Shown one piece after another: positions 17,676 through 26,243 of a stretch of DNA of 64,000 nucleotides. The stretch comes from Candidatus Aenigmatarchaeota archaeon. GTDB taxonomy: Archaea; Aenigmatarchaeota; Aenigmatarchaeia; Aenigmatarchaeales; Aenigmatarchaeaceae. A program made the translations under genes and the position numbers. Under the pieces are notes generated by a model. The model was not told the DNA's origin and did no database searches. It was given only the letters and a program-made list of their open reading frames with translations. The first letter of the stretch is position 1, and the number at the start of each line of letters is the position of its first letter. Location: NCBI GenBank assembly GCA_016933455.1, contig JAFGAZ010000012.1, positions 1,625 to 65,624 on the forward strand, given 5' to 3'.

Positions 17676-18146
17676 TCACTTTAGCTTGTGCAAAAGACCC
17701 ACATACTTGTTTACACGGTTGACCTCGTCTTCTAGAATGTTTAGAGCTTTCATAACATTCTTCTTCTCTTCACCGTCCTTTATTATTTCAAGCTCGTCTT
17801 TGTACTCGTCGAACTTTGCCAGGGTCCCGTCTATGCTTTTTTGTATCCTCATTATGAAGGCTTTCTTTAGGCCTTCAAGCAGATTGCCGTGCAATTCGAC
17901 ATAGAGCTTCCTGTCCCCTGCCTTTTTGGTCTTCTTTATCATACCCAAAAACTCAAGAAGGTCCAAGCTAAGAGAAACAGTGGATAGAGAATAGCCGGTT
18001 TTCTTTGCCAGCTCGTTTAATGACAATTTTTTATTAGAAACCAAAAGAGCGCCTATCACCCTGCCGTGAATTTCAGAGTAGCCGATTGCTGTTGCTATCT
18101 CAGCAAATGTCGTGTATATGCCCTTTTCAATGTCTTTTGTCTTCAT
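17676..18146 (-). CDS. wHTH transcriptional regulator (COG1510/GbsR-MarR-like)
   Basis: HGRVIGALLVSNKKLSLNELAKKTGYSLSTVSLSLDLLEFLGMIKK, then a helical C-terminal half. Confidence 0.7.
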   Translation of the reverse strand: MKTKDIEKGIYTTFAEIATAIGYSEIHGRVIGALLVSNKKLSLNELAKKTGYSLSTVSLSLDLLEFLGMIKKTKKAGDRKLYVELHGNLLEGLKKAFIMRIQKSIDGTLAKFDEYKDELEIIKDGEEKKNVMKALNILEDEVNRVNKYVGLLHKLK

Positions 18147-18147
18147 T

Positions 18148-18714
18148 CTACCACAATAATGAGTATATTGACAGTGTTATAATAATTGCAACTGTTGCTC
18201 CAGCAAAAAGCTGGTATGTGTCGTGTGCCTTTGCCTTGAGCCTAATCCACATGGTGATGATAGTTATCAGGTAAAGCGGTGTTAGATGGGCTCCGAAAAC
18301 AAATACCAATGCTGTTGTTGGACCTGCCATCCCAGAAGCATGAGCCGATATCTTCCAAAGGATGTTCACAATGGCTATTGCAGATGTCACAAAAAAGTAT
18401 GACAAGGAAAGCAGAAACATTACTTTTGAATCCAGCAACCAAAAGGTAACTGAGCAAGCCAAAAAGCAAAGTATTGTTACAAGATATGGTTTTGACCTTC
18501 TTTTCCTATCCTCTATGTCAAAGTCCTTTTCAAAATAGTAGACAATTAAAACAGGAGCCAGGATAAGGAAGATGGTTGCTATCAGCATGCTTGAAAGGCC
18601 AGTTGCATTGCCAAGGCCTATTGGAGAAAACAGAGAAAAAACTAGAGATGCCATGATAGCACCTGAAGTCGGGGAAAGAATCAACGACATGATGTCGTAC
18701 TTGCTATATCTCAT
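18148..18714 (-). CDS. polytopic membrane protein, possibly a divergent PAP2-type phosphatase
   Basis: About 6 hydrophobic segments. KISAHASGMAGP and IRLKAKAHDTYQ loosely match PAP2 motifs C2/C3. 1-nt gap to the regulator gene. Confidence 0.55.
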   Translation of the reverse strand: MRYSKYDIMSLILSPTSGAIMASLVFSLFSPIGLGNATGLSSMLIATIFLILAPVLIVYYFEKDFDIEDRKRRSKPYLVTILCFLACSVTFWLLDSKVMFLLSLSYFFVTSAIAIVNILWKISAHASGMAGPTTALVFVFGAHLTPLYLITIITMWIRLKAKAHDTYQLFAGATVAIIITLSIYSLLW

Positions 18715-18788
18715 CGTAGATAATTTTATATAATCTCGAACTTATAAACTTTTATAACTTTTGAAAAGTTGCAAAAGTTGGTTTTATC

Positions 18789-20309
18789 ATGAATGTTATC
18801 AAGACAACACAAACATTATGCCCAGAGTGCCTAAAGATTCTGCTTGGGACGATTTTCGAAAAGGACGGCAAGGTCATGATTAAGAAGACCTGTCCCGAGC
18901 ACGGGGATTTTGAGGACGTTTACTGGGGCGACTATGAGATGTACAAGAGGTCGGAAAAGTTCGCTAAAGACGGCAAGGGAATTGACAACCCCAATGTCGA
19001 ACTGAGCAAGGCCTGCCCCCAGAACTGCGGACTTTGCAATATGCACAAATCCCACACAGCACTTGGAAACATAGTTGTCACCAACCGCTGCGATTTGCAG
19101 TGCTTTTATTGCTTCTTCTATGCCAAGGCCATGGGCTACGTATACGAGCCTACCTTGGACCAAATAAGAGAGATGCTAAGAAACATGAGAAAGGAAAAGC
19201 CGGTTCCCTGCACTGCTGTGCAGCTAACAGGCGGCAACCCGGAAATCAGAGAGGACCTATTGGACATAATAAAGATTGCAAAAGAGGAGGGCTATCACCA
19301 CGTTCAGCTAAATATCAACGGCACGCACAAACTGCAGCACGATGCAGAGTGGGCAAAGAAGGTAAGGGATGCTGGTGTTAACACTGTTTATCTTAGCTTT
19401 GACGGCACAACTCAGCAGACCAATCCCAAGAATCATAAGGAGATTCCAAAGATGCTGGAAAACGCAAGAAAGGCCGGTATGGGCATTGTTCTTGTCCCCA
19501 CTGTTATCAATACTGTCAATGATCACGATGTTGGAAATATTCTAAGGTTTGGAATAAAAAATATAGATGTCGTGCGCGGCATAAACTTCCAGCCGGTCTC
19601 GCTTGTTGGAAGGATATCAAAGGCCGACAGGGAAAAGATGAGAATAACAATTCCTGATGTGATAAAGAGAATGGAGGAGCAAACAAACGGCGCTGTTTCC
19701 AAGGACGATTGGTATCCTGTTCCAACCGTTGCCCCAATAACTCATTTTGTAGAGGCCATAACAAAGAAGCCAATGTACGAGCTTTCTGCTCACCATGCAT
19801 GTGGAATGGCAACATACCTTTTCCTTGACGGTGATAAGATTGTTCCTCTTCCAAGGTTTGTTGATGTCGAGGGTCTTGTAAAGTACCTTGATGAGAAGGC
19901 TGAAGAGATCAAGGGTGGCAAGAACAGGGCAATAACTTCCATGAAAGTTATAAGCAAGATAGGAAGCTTTATTGACAAGGAAAAGCAGCCCAAGAACTTG
20001 GACCTAAAGAGGATTCTAATCAATGCTTTGGTCAAGCACAACTACAAGGCTTTGGGCGAATTGCACCACAAGTCGTTGTTTGTAGGAATGATGCACTTCC
20101 AGGATTTGTATAATTACGACATCGAAAGAGTGAAGAGATGCTGCATACACTATGCCCAGCCTGACGGCAAGATTGTTCCGTTCTGCGCTTTCAACGTCAT
20201 ACCTCAGTGGTACAGGGACAAGATACAGAAAGAGTACTCGCTTTCAATAGAAGAATGGGAAAAGAAGACCGGAAGAAAGCTGGAAGACGATTTCTACAAG
20301 AGACAGTAG
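18789..20309 (+). CDS. radical SAM enzyme (COG1964-type, N-terminal zinc-ribbon; same broad family as tetraether lipid synthase Tes/GDGT-MAS)
   Basis: LCPECL...CPEHG, then NRCDLQCFYCFF (CxxxCxxC). 506 aa. The Tes-like assignment is inference. Confidence 0.8.
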   Translation: MNVIKTTQTLCPECLKILLGTIFEKDGKVMIKKTCPEHGDFEDVYWGDYEMYKRSEKFAKDGKGIDNPNVELSKACPQNCGLCNMHKSHTALGNIVVTNRCDLQCFYCFFYAKAMGYVYEPTLDQIREMLRNMRKEKPVPCTAVQLTGGNPEIREDLLDIIKIAKEEGYHHVQLNINGTHKLQHDAEWAKKVRDAGVNTVYLSFDGTTQQTNPKNHKEIPKMLENARKAGMGIVLVPTVINTVNDHDVGNILRFGIKNIDVVRGINFQPVSLVGRISKADREKMRITIPDVIKRMEEQTNGAVSKDDWYPVPTVAPITHFVEAITKKPMYELSAHHACGMATYLFLDGDKIVPLPRFVDVEGLVKYLDEKAEEIKGGKNRAITSMKVISKIGSFIDKEKQPKNLDLKRILINALVKHNYKALGELHHKSLFVGMMHFQDLYNYDIERVKRCCIHYAQPDGKIVPFCAFNVIPQWYRDKIQKEYSLSIEEWEKKTGRKLEDDFYKRQ

Positions 20310-20346
20310 AAATTAATTTTAAATTTTTTGAAACTTTATAATTTCT

Positions 20347-20907
20347 ATGGAGTTAAAGACTAAAAGGCTTGTTCTAAGAACAATAACAAAAGACGATGTT
20401 CAAGACTTGATTAGTGGTTTGAACAACATAAATGTTTCTAGAAACTTGGCTCTAGTGCCTTTTCCTTATACACAAGAAGATGCCATTTGGTGGATAAACA
20501 AGTGTTCTGAAGAGGAAAAAAAGAAGCCGAGGACAGACTACAATTTTTCCATAGAACACTTTGTCGACAAAAGAATAATTGGTTCTGTCGATCTTTCACA
20601 TGTTGACGAATTCAACGGAACAGCTACTTTAGGATACTGGCTGAATGAAAAATATTGGAAACAAGGTATAATGACAGAAGCTGTTGAAAGATTATTGGAA
20701 TATGCTTTCCAAGAAATTGGGTTAAGAAGAATAAACGTTTCGGCTTTCGTTGAAAATGATGGGTCTAATGCTTTGATAAAAAAAATGGGTTTTGATGAAG
20801 AGGGAAAAAGAAATAAAGCAGTAAAAAGCAAAGCTGATGGGAAAATACATGATGAATTTATTTATGGACTTTTGAAAATTAATTGGAAAAGAAAAATAAT
20901 TTTATAA
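20347..20907 (+). CDS. GNAT N-acetyltransferase (RimJ/RimL-like)
   Basis: LRTITKDD..., LGYWLNEKYWKQGIMTEAVERLLEYAFQEIGLRRI, FIYGLL. Confidence 0.8.
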   Translation: MELKTKRLVLRTITKDDVQDLISGLNNINVSRNLALVPFPYTQEDAIWWINKCSEEEKKKPRTDYNFSIEHFVDKRIIGSVDLSHVDEFNGTATLGYWLNEKYWKQGIMTEAVERLLEYAFQEIGLRRINVSAFVENDGSNALIKKMGFDEEGKRNKAVKSKADGKIHDEFIYGLLKINWKRKIIL

Positions 20908-20931
20908 TGGTTAAAATTCTTAATGTATCTT

Positions 20932-21942
20932 ATGGGAGTTCAGATATCTAGGATACTGCCTAAGAAGGAAATAGAGTTTAGGGACCTTTCGGGCAAGACT
21001 TTGGCAGTTGATGCTTTTTTGTGGATTCATCAGTTCCTTAGCATAATAAGGCAAAGGGACGGTACGCCTCTTAGGGATTCTAACGGCAGGACAACAAGCC
21101 ACCTTAGCGGCATACTATATCGTTCTGCAAAGCTTATGGAAAACGACATAAAGCTGGTTTGGGTATTCGACGGCGAAAAGCCTGACCTTAAGACCATGAC
21201 AATAGAGGAAAGAAAGGAAAGAAAAGAGGACGCCTTGAAAAAGTGGAAAGAGGCTTTGGATCTTGGGAACATGGAAGAGGCAAGAAAGGCTGCGCAGATG
21301 TCTTCTTCCATAACAGGCGAGATGATTGAAGAGTCAAAAAAATTGCTTTCTTACATGGGCATACCTGTTGTGCAGGCCCCGTCGGAAGGGGAGGCCCAGT
21401 GCGCCCACATGTGCCGCAACAACGTTGTCTATTCTGTTGCCAGCCAGGACAGCGACAGCCTTTTGTTTAATACTGCAAGGCTTGTTAGAAACCTTTCCAT
21501 TACTGGCAAGAGAAAAATACCCGGAAAGAATTCTTATGTTGAAATAAAACCTGAGATAATAGAGCTCAAATCGGTTCTAAAGGAACTTGGGATAACGCGC
21601 GAACAGCTTGTCATACTTGGAATTCTTGTTGGTAGCGACTATAATCCAGGCATAAAGGGCATAGGTCCAAAGAAGGCTCTCAAGCTTGTCAAGACAGAAA
21701 AGACTTTGGAAAACGTCTTAAAGAAAATAGAATGGGACTATGACACGCCTGCTCAGGCCGTGTATGATTTTTATCTAAACCCTCCTGTTGAGGATGTTGA
21801 ATTGAAATTTGGTGAGGTCGACTGCGAAAAGATCACAAAGCTGCTTGTTGACGATCACGACTTTTCCCAGGACAGGATAGACAAGGTGACAAAGACCTTG
21901 ACTCAAGACAAGCAGAAATCTTTAGGAAGCTGGTTGAAATGA
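20932..21942 (+). CDS. fen: flap endonuclease 1
   Basis: Start set at MGVQI (ATG 20932). AVDAFLWIHQFL, VWVFDGEKPDLK, VQAPSEGEAQCAHM, SQDSDSLLF, GIGPKKALKL. Confidence 0.9.
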   Translation: MGVQISRILPKKEIEFRDLSGKTLAVDAFLWIHQFLSIIRQRDGTPLRDSNGRTTSHLSGILYRSAKLMENDIKLVWVFDGEKPDLKTMTIEERKERKEDALKKWKEALDLGNMEEARKAAQMSSSITGEMIEESKKLLSYMGIPVVQAPSEGEAQCAHMCRNNVVYSVASQDSDSLLFNTARLVRNLSITGKRKIPGKNSYVEIKPEIIELKSVLKELGITREQLVILGILVGSDYNPGIKGIGPKKALKLVKTEKTLENVLKKIEWDYDTPAQAVYDFYLNPPVEDVELKFGEVDCEKITKLLVDDHDFSQDRIDKVTKTLTQDKQKSLGSWLK

Positions 21943-23054
21943 AGTTCACAGAGGCATTGGATTTCAAAAAGTTGGTCACATACATTCCAAACAAGATAGA
22001 GCCAGTTCATAACTGGTACTATTTCAAGGAGGGCTTTTCAAAGCAGCTTGTCGACACATTTATCCAGAGATTTGGTCTTAATAGCAAATCTCTTGTGCTA
22101 GAACCTTTTTGCGGTTCAGGCACAACGCCCCTTGCATGCAAGCAGCATGGCATAAGGTCTGTCGGGTTTGAAGTTTCTCCGTTCTTTGCTTTTGTTTCCA
22201 AGGTAAAAACAAGAGACTATGATTTGGAAAAATTAAAGAGAGACATTGACATAGCCATATCTTGGAAATTCGAAAGGCCTGAGAGCATACCCAACGAAAA
22301 GCACATAAGAAAAGTGTTTTCCAAATACACTTTGCAGGATGCAATCTTCTACAAGAACAAGATAATGGAAATAGAGAATAATTATTCAAGAGATTTTTTG
22401 CTACTAGGTCTTATAGACTCTGCAATGAAATCCAGCTGGACAAAAAAGGACGGCGCTGTTGTCAAGATACAAAAGAAGGGCAAGCCCCCTTTGAAAAAGT
22501 TCTTCAAGTACAAGATAAAGAAGATGTTCAAGGACTTGAAAAGGTCAAACATCAAGCCTGTTGAGACGCAGATAATTCTGGGGGATTCGAGAAATCTTAG
22601 CCTTGACAATGAAACAGTTGATGCAGTTATAACATCCCCTCCATATCTAAACAAGATAGAGTATTCCAAGATATACAACATTGAGACTTCTTTGTTCTTT
22701 GATTTCCCAAAAAGCAAAGTAAGGTCATACATTGGTTCGAAAGTGGACGAGTTTGGCAGCGAGATCGGATTTTCAGATTTTCCCCTAACAGCCAAGGCTT
22801 ATTTTAGCGACATGAACGACGCAATAAAGGAAATGTATAGAGTCTGCAAGGATGGCTCAAAGCTTGCAGTAGTTATAGGTGGTGGCTGTTATCCTGACAG
22901 AGCAATAGAATGTGATAGGATAACTGCTGAGCTTGCCGAGAAAGTAGGGTTTAAGGTAGAAGAAATTTTGGTTGCCAGAAACTCCTGGTGTACAAGGGCA
23001 AGAACAATCAAAGTCGGTCAGGTCAGGGAAAGCATAATACTTTTGGAGAAATAA
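21939..23054 (+). CDS. SAM-dependent N6-adenine/N4-cytosine-type methyltransferase, orphan (DNA or RNA target unresolved)
   Basis: Motif I EPFCGSGTTPLAC at about residue 55 and motif IV VITSPPYLNK at about residue 230. ATGA overlap with fen. Confidence 0.65.
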   Translation: MKFTEALDFKKLVTYIPNKIEPVHNWYYFKEGFSKQLVDTFIQRFGLNSKSLVLEPFCGSGTTPLACKQHGIRSVGFEVSPFFAFVSKVKTRDYDLEKLKRDIDIAISWKFERPESIPNEKHIRKVFSKYTLQDAIFYKNKIMEIENNYSRDFLLLGLIDSAMKSSWTKKDGAVVKIQKKGKPPLKKFFKYKIKKMFKDLKRSNIKPVETQIILGDSRNLSLDNETVDAVITSPPYLNKIEYSKIYNIETSLFFDFPKSKVRSYIGSKVDEFGSEIGFSDFPLTAKAYFSDMNDAIKEMYRVCKDGSKLAVVIGGGCYPDRAIECDRITAELAEKVGFKVEEILVARNSWCTRARTIKVGQVRESIILLEK

Positions 23055-23057
23055 AAT

Positions 23058-23693
23058 TTACTTAAAGCCGTGCTTGCCTTTCAAAGGAACAAACATGAAA
23101 TTTCCAAGGTCCTTCTTTTCACCCTTCTTTGTAACCGAATATAATTTTTGCAGATACAAATTCCCAACAGGTATCAAAAGAATTCCATCTGGTTTTAACT
23201 GCTTCAAAAGCTCTTTTGGTATTTCGGGAGACCCTGCTGTGACGATTATCCTGTCATAAGGCTTGTGCTTTTCCAAACCAACTGAGCCGTCTCCCTTGAA
23301 AACCTTCGCGTTCTTTATTTTCATTTTTTCAAGATTTTCCTTGGAGAATTTTACAAGCTCAGGTATTATTTCCAAACTATATACAATGCCATTTTCTCCG
23401 ACCATATCAGCTAGAATGGCTGTTTGCCACCCGGAGCCTGTGCCTATTTCTAATATCGTTTGCCCTTCTTTGACATCCAGAGCCTCTGTCATGGCAACTA
23501 CTGTTGCGGGCTGAGATATTGTCTGGTCCTTTCCTATGTATAAGGGAACATCCCTGTAGGCCATGTATCTTACAGAATTTGGAACAAAGTTCTCTCTTGG
23601 TACATTTCTTAGAGCCTTTTCCACATTTCTTGACTTTAGGTATCCGATGCTTTTGAGGTGTGTAATTAGGCTCTCGTTTTCAACGTTTACCAT
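23058..23693 (-). CDS. pcm: protein-L-isoaspartate O-methyltransferase
   Basis: ISQPATVVAMTE, LEIGTGSGWQTAILA, IIVTAGSPEIP. Confidence 0.9.
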   Translation of the reverse strand: MVNVENESLITHLKSIGYLKSRNVEKALRNVPRENFVPNSVRYMAYRDVPLYIGKDQTISQPATVVAMTEALDVKEGQTILEIGTGSGWQTAILADMVGENGIVYSLEIIPELVKFSKENLEKMKIKNAKVFKGDGSVGLEKHKPYDRIIVTAGSPEIPKELLKQLKPDGILLIPVGNLYLQKLYSVTKKGEKKDLGNFMFVPLKGKHGFK

Positions 23694-23726
23694 ATATTTA
23701 TTTTGTCTGTATTACATAAAGAATTT

Positions 23727-24545
23727 ATGCCTGAGAGTCTTTCTGGTCTTGAAAAAAGGATAAAGAGCCTTCAAGTGCAAGGCGCCAAAAATATTGCGAT
23801 TGAAAGCCTGATATTTCTAAGAACGCTTGTCAAGAAAAAGGGTTTCAGGAACGACTTTAGGGAGGCTGTAAAGAGGCTAGAAAAAACAAGGCCGACAGCC
23901 GTTGTTCTTCACAACTGTTTAGAAGAGATAAAGAAAGAAAAAGATGTCAAGGCGATTGAAAGGCTTCTAAGACAGCTAAAGGATGCTGACAAGCAAATAG
24001 CCCTTAAGGGAAGGGGCCTGATAAAGGACAAGACAAGGATAATGACAAGATGCCATTCAAGCGAGGCTTTGGCTTTAATAAAATACGCTTGGAAGGACAG
24101 AAAGAAGATGAAGGTTTACGCCACTGAGACAAGGCCAAAATGGCAGGGAGTTAAAACCGCAAACGAGCTTGCCAAGCTCGGTATTCCCGTAACTTTGATA
24201 GTTGATTCTGCAATGGGTTTTTTCATAGACGATGTCGACATGGTAATAGTGGGTACGGATGCCATGAGAAATGAAGGCTTTGTGAACAAGATAGGAACAT
24301 ACATGCTAGCCCTTTTGTGCAAGGAGCACAAAAAGCCCCTTTATGTTGTGGGAGATACTTTGAAGCTTGATAAAAGAAAATACATACAAATAGAGGAAAG
24401 AGACCCAGACGAGGTTTACAAGGAAAATCTAAAAAATCTCTATGTTAGAAACCCGGCATTTGACATAACGCCTTGGAAATATGTTAAAAGGGTTATAACT
24501 GAAAAGGGTGTTATGACGCCTGGTAACATTAAGAAATTGTTATAA
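23727..24545 (+). CDS. ribose-1,5-bisphosphate isomerase (eIF-2B alpha/beta/delta family, e2b2)
   Basis: The track start 23703 is TTG. The first in-frame ATG is 23727 (MPESLSGLEKRIK). IF-2B family blocks TRCHSSEA (Cys), ETRP..QG and VGTDAM (Asp). Sits adjacent to RuBisCO. Confidence 0.75.
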   Translation: MPESLSGLEKRIKSLQVQGAKNIAIESLIFLRTLVKKKGFRNDFREAVKRLEKTRPTAVVLHNCLEEIKKEKDVKAIERLLRQLKDADKQIALKGRGLIKDKTRIMTRCHSSEALALIKYAWKDRKKMKVYATETRPKWQGVKTANELAKLGIPVTLIVDSAMGFFIDDVDMVIVGTDAMRNEGFVNKIGTYMLALLCKEHKKPLYVVGDTLKLDKRKYIQIEERDPDEVYKENLKNLYVRNPAFDITPWKYVKRVITEKGVMTPGNIKKLL

Positions 24546-24562
24546 GCGTAAACAATATCTAT

Positions 24563-24571
24563 CTTAAATAA
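24563..24571 (+). promoter_or_regulatory. TATA-box-like element upstream of rbcL
   Basis: CTTAAATAA lies about 31-39 nt upstream of ATG 24602. Confidence 0.3.
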
Positions 24572-24601
24572 CAAAAAGAAAGAAGAAAAAAAGTGTTTAA
24601 A

Positions 24602-25828
24602 ATGGGTTACAAAGATTTCATTGATTTGAGCTACAAGCCAAAGGATGACATAGTTTGTCAGTTCAGGGTCGAGCCCGCAAAGGGCATTTCTGTCAAAAGA
24701 GCGGCCGAGATGGTCGCCGGCGAGTCTTCTGTTGGCACTTGGACTGATGTTTCTACCATGAAGCCTAGGATTAAAAAAATAGGGGCCAGGATATTTTCGA
24801 TAAAAGGAAAGAATGTCAAGATAGCGTATCCATCAATTCTTTTCGAGAAAGGCAACATGCCCCAGATACTTTCAAGCATTGCTGGCAATGTTTTTGGCAT
24901 GAAGGCGGTCGAAGGCCTAAGGCTCGATGATGTTTCTTTTCCAAGAAGCATTACCAATTCTTTCCAAGGTCCGTTATATGGTATCAAAGGAATAAGAAAG
25001 CTTCTTGGTGTTAAGAAAAGACCTTTTGTTGGTACAATAGTAAAGCCCAAGATAGGTCTTAATGAGAGCGAGCATGCAAAGGTTGCATACGATGCTTGGT
25101 CTGGTGGCATAGACATTGTAAAGGACGATGAGAATCTATCAAGCCAGAAATTCAACAAATTCGAAAAAAGAATAGTAAAGACATTAAAGATGAGAGACAA
25201 GGCAGAAAAAGAGACTGGTGAGAAAAAAGTTTACATGGCAAATGTCACAGCAGATGTTGGAACCATGCTTAGAAGGGCCGAATTTGTAAAGGATAATGGC
25301 GGCAGGTACATGATGGTAGACATTCACACTGTGGGATGGTCTGCTCTTGAGACTCTTAGGGAAGCTAATGATGATCTTAAACTTGTTATGCATGCACATA
25401 GGGCAGGTCACGCTGCCTTTACAAAGGATCCTAGGCATGGCATTTCCATGAGGGTCATTTCCCAGATAACAAGGTTAATAGGCCTTGACCAGTTGCATGT
25501 TGGAACTGCTGTGGGCAAGATGTTTGAGACAAAGCAAGATGTTCTAAACAACTGTGACGCCCTAAGAAGCAACATGAACGGCATAAAAACAACAATGCCG
25601 GTGTCTTCAGGAGGCCTTCATGCTTGCATGATACCTGCTCTTGTCAAGATATTTGGTAATGATTTCATAATCCAGGCTGGTGGTGGAGTGCACGGCCACA
25701 AGGACGGGACTGTTGCAGGCGCAAAATCCATGAGACAGGCGCTAGATGCTGCCATGAATGATATTCCTTTAAAAGAATGCGCAAAGAAAAATAAAGAGTT
25801 GGCAACTGCCATAAGACAATGGGATTAA
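24602..25828 (+). CDS. rbcL: RuBisCO large subunit, form III (archaeal type)
   Basis: GTIVKPKIGL, DIVKDDENL (carbamyl-Lys/Asp/Glu), MHAHRAGHAAF, SSGGLH, QAGGGVHGH. ATG 24602 preferred over the track's GTG 24593. No small-subunit gene nearby. Confidence 0.9.
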   Translation: MGYKDFIDLSYKPKDDIVCQFRVEPAKGISVKRAAEMVAGESSVGTWTDVSTMKPRIKKIGARIFSIKGKNVKIAYPSILFEKGNMPQILSSIAGNVFGMKAVEGLRLDDVSFPRSITNSFQGPLYGIKGIRKLLGVKKRPFVGTIVKPKIGLNESEHAKVAYDAWSGGIDIVKDDENLSSQKFNKFEKRIVKTLKMRDKAEKETGEKKVYMANVTADVGTMLRRAEFVKDNGGRYMMVDIHTVGWSALETLREANDDLKLVMHAHRAGHAAFTKDPRHGISMRVISQITRLIGLDQLHVGTAVGKMFETKQDVLNNCDALRSNMNGIKTTMPVSSGGLHACMIPALVKIFGNDFIIQAGGGVHGHKDGTVAGAKSMRQALDAAMNDIPLKECAKKNKELATAIRQWD

Positions 25829-25829
25829 T

Positions 25830-26198
25830 ATGGAAAACGAAAAAAAGAGCAGAATTCCGAGGATAAAGCTGACAAGAAACGACTATGTCGCAATAGTTGC
25901 GCTTTTGTTGTTCGTTATAGTTCTAACAATACCTACTTACTTGCCAAAGGACAATTGCGAGGTTGCAAGACCAGAGTACAAGTGTGCAACTTTCGAGCAG
26001 GTTATGATAGAAAACTGCCAGTATTGGAGTGAGTATGGCTGCGATACTGATTCGGATATCAGCCTTGTTCAAGTGGAATGGTACATAGAAAATTTGTGCG
26101 ATTTGCAAAACAGATACCATGGAACAGACCTTGATTGCTCCAATCTCAAGATGGCATGCAACATTATTACAAAAAGCGACACTTGTTCCTTGGCCTGA
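25830..26198 (+). CDS. membrane-anchored Cys-rich small protein (122 aa)
   Basis: One N-terminal TM (YVAIVALLLFVIVLTIPTYL), then a domain with 8 Cys. Starts 1 nt after the rbcL stop. Confidence 0.5.
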   Translation: MENEKKSRIPRIKLTRNDYVAIVALLLFVIVLTIPTYLPKDNCEVARPEYKCATFEQVMIENCQYWSEYGCDTDSDISLVQVEWYIENLCDLQNRYHGTDLDCSNLKMACNIITKSDTCSLA

Positions 26199-26243
26199 TA
26201 GAATTTTATTAACTAAAATTTCTAATTAAAGTTAGTTGATTTC

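Noticed and set aside
17534-17722. 62-aa plus-strand ORF in the track.
   Set aside because: The opposite strand encodes a tightly packed 43-aa Cys-rich ORF that starts 4 nt after the regulator gene's stop. The plus-strand product (Ala/His/Cys-rich) looks like its shadow and overlaps the regulator's 3' end.
21939-23693. A possible restriction-modification system around the SPPY methyltransferase.
   Set aside because: There is no endonuclease-like, specificity-subunit or helicase gene adjacent. The flanking genes are fen (same strand) and pcm (opposite strand), so the gene is treated as an orphan methyltransferase.
23703-23726. Non-ATG starts used by the ORF track: TTG 23703, GTG 24593, TTG 33836, GTG 41953, TTG 45457, TTG 51120.
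   Set aside because: In every case an in-frame ATG follows within 3-24 nt that gives a family-typical N-terminus and/or removes an overlap, so the ATG was preferred. The exception is glmS, where GTG 29186 is required to place the catalytic Cys at position 2.
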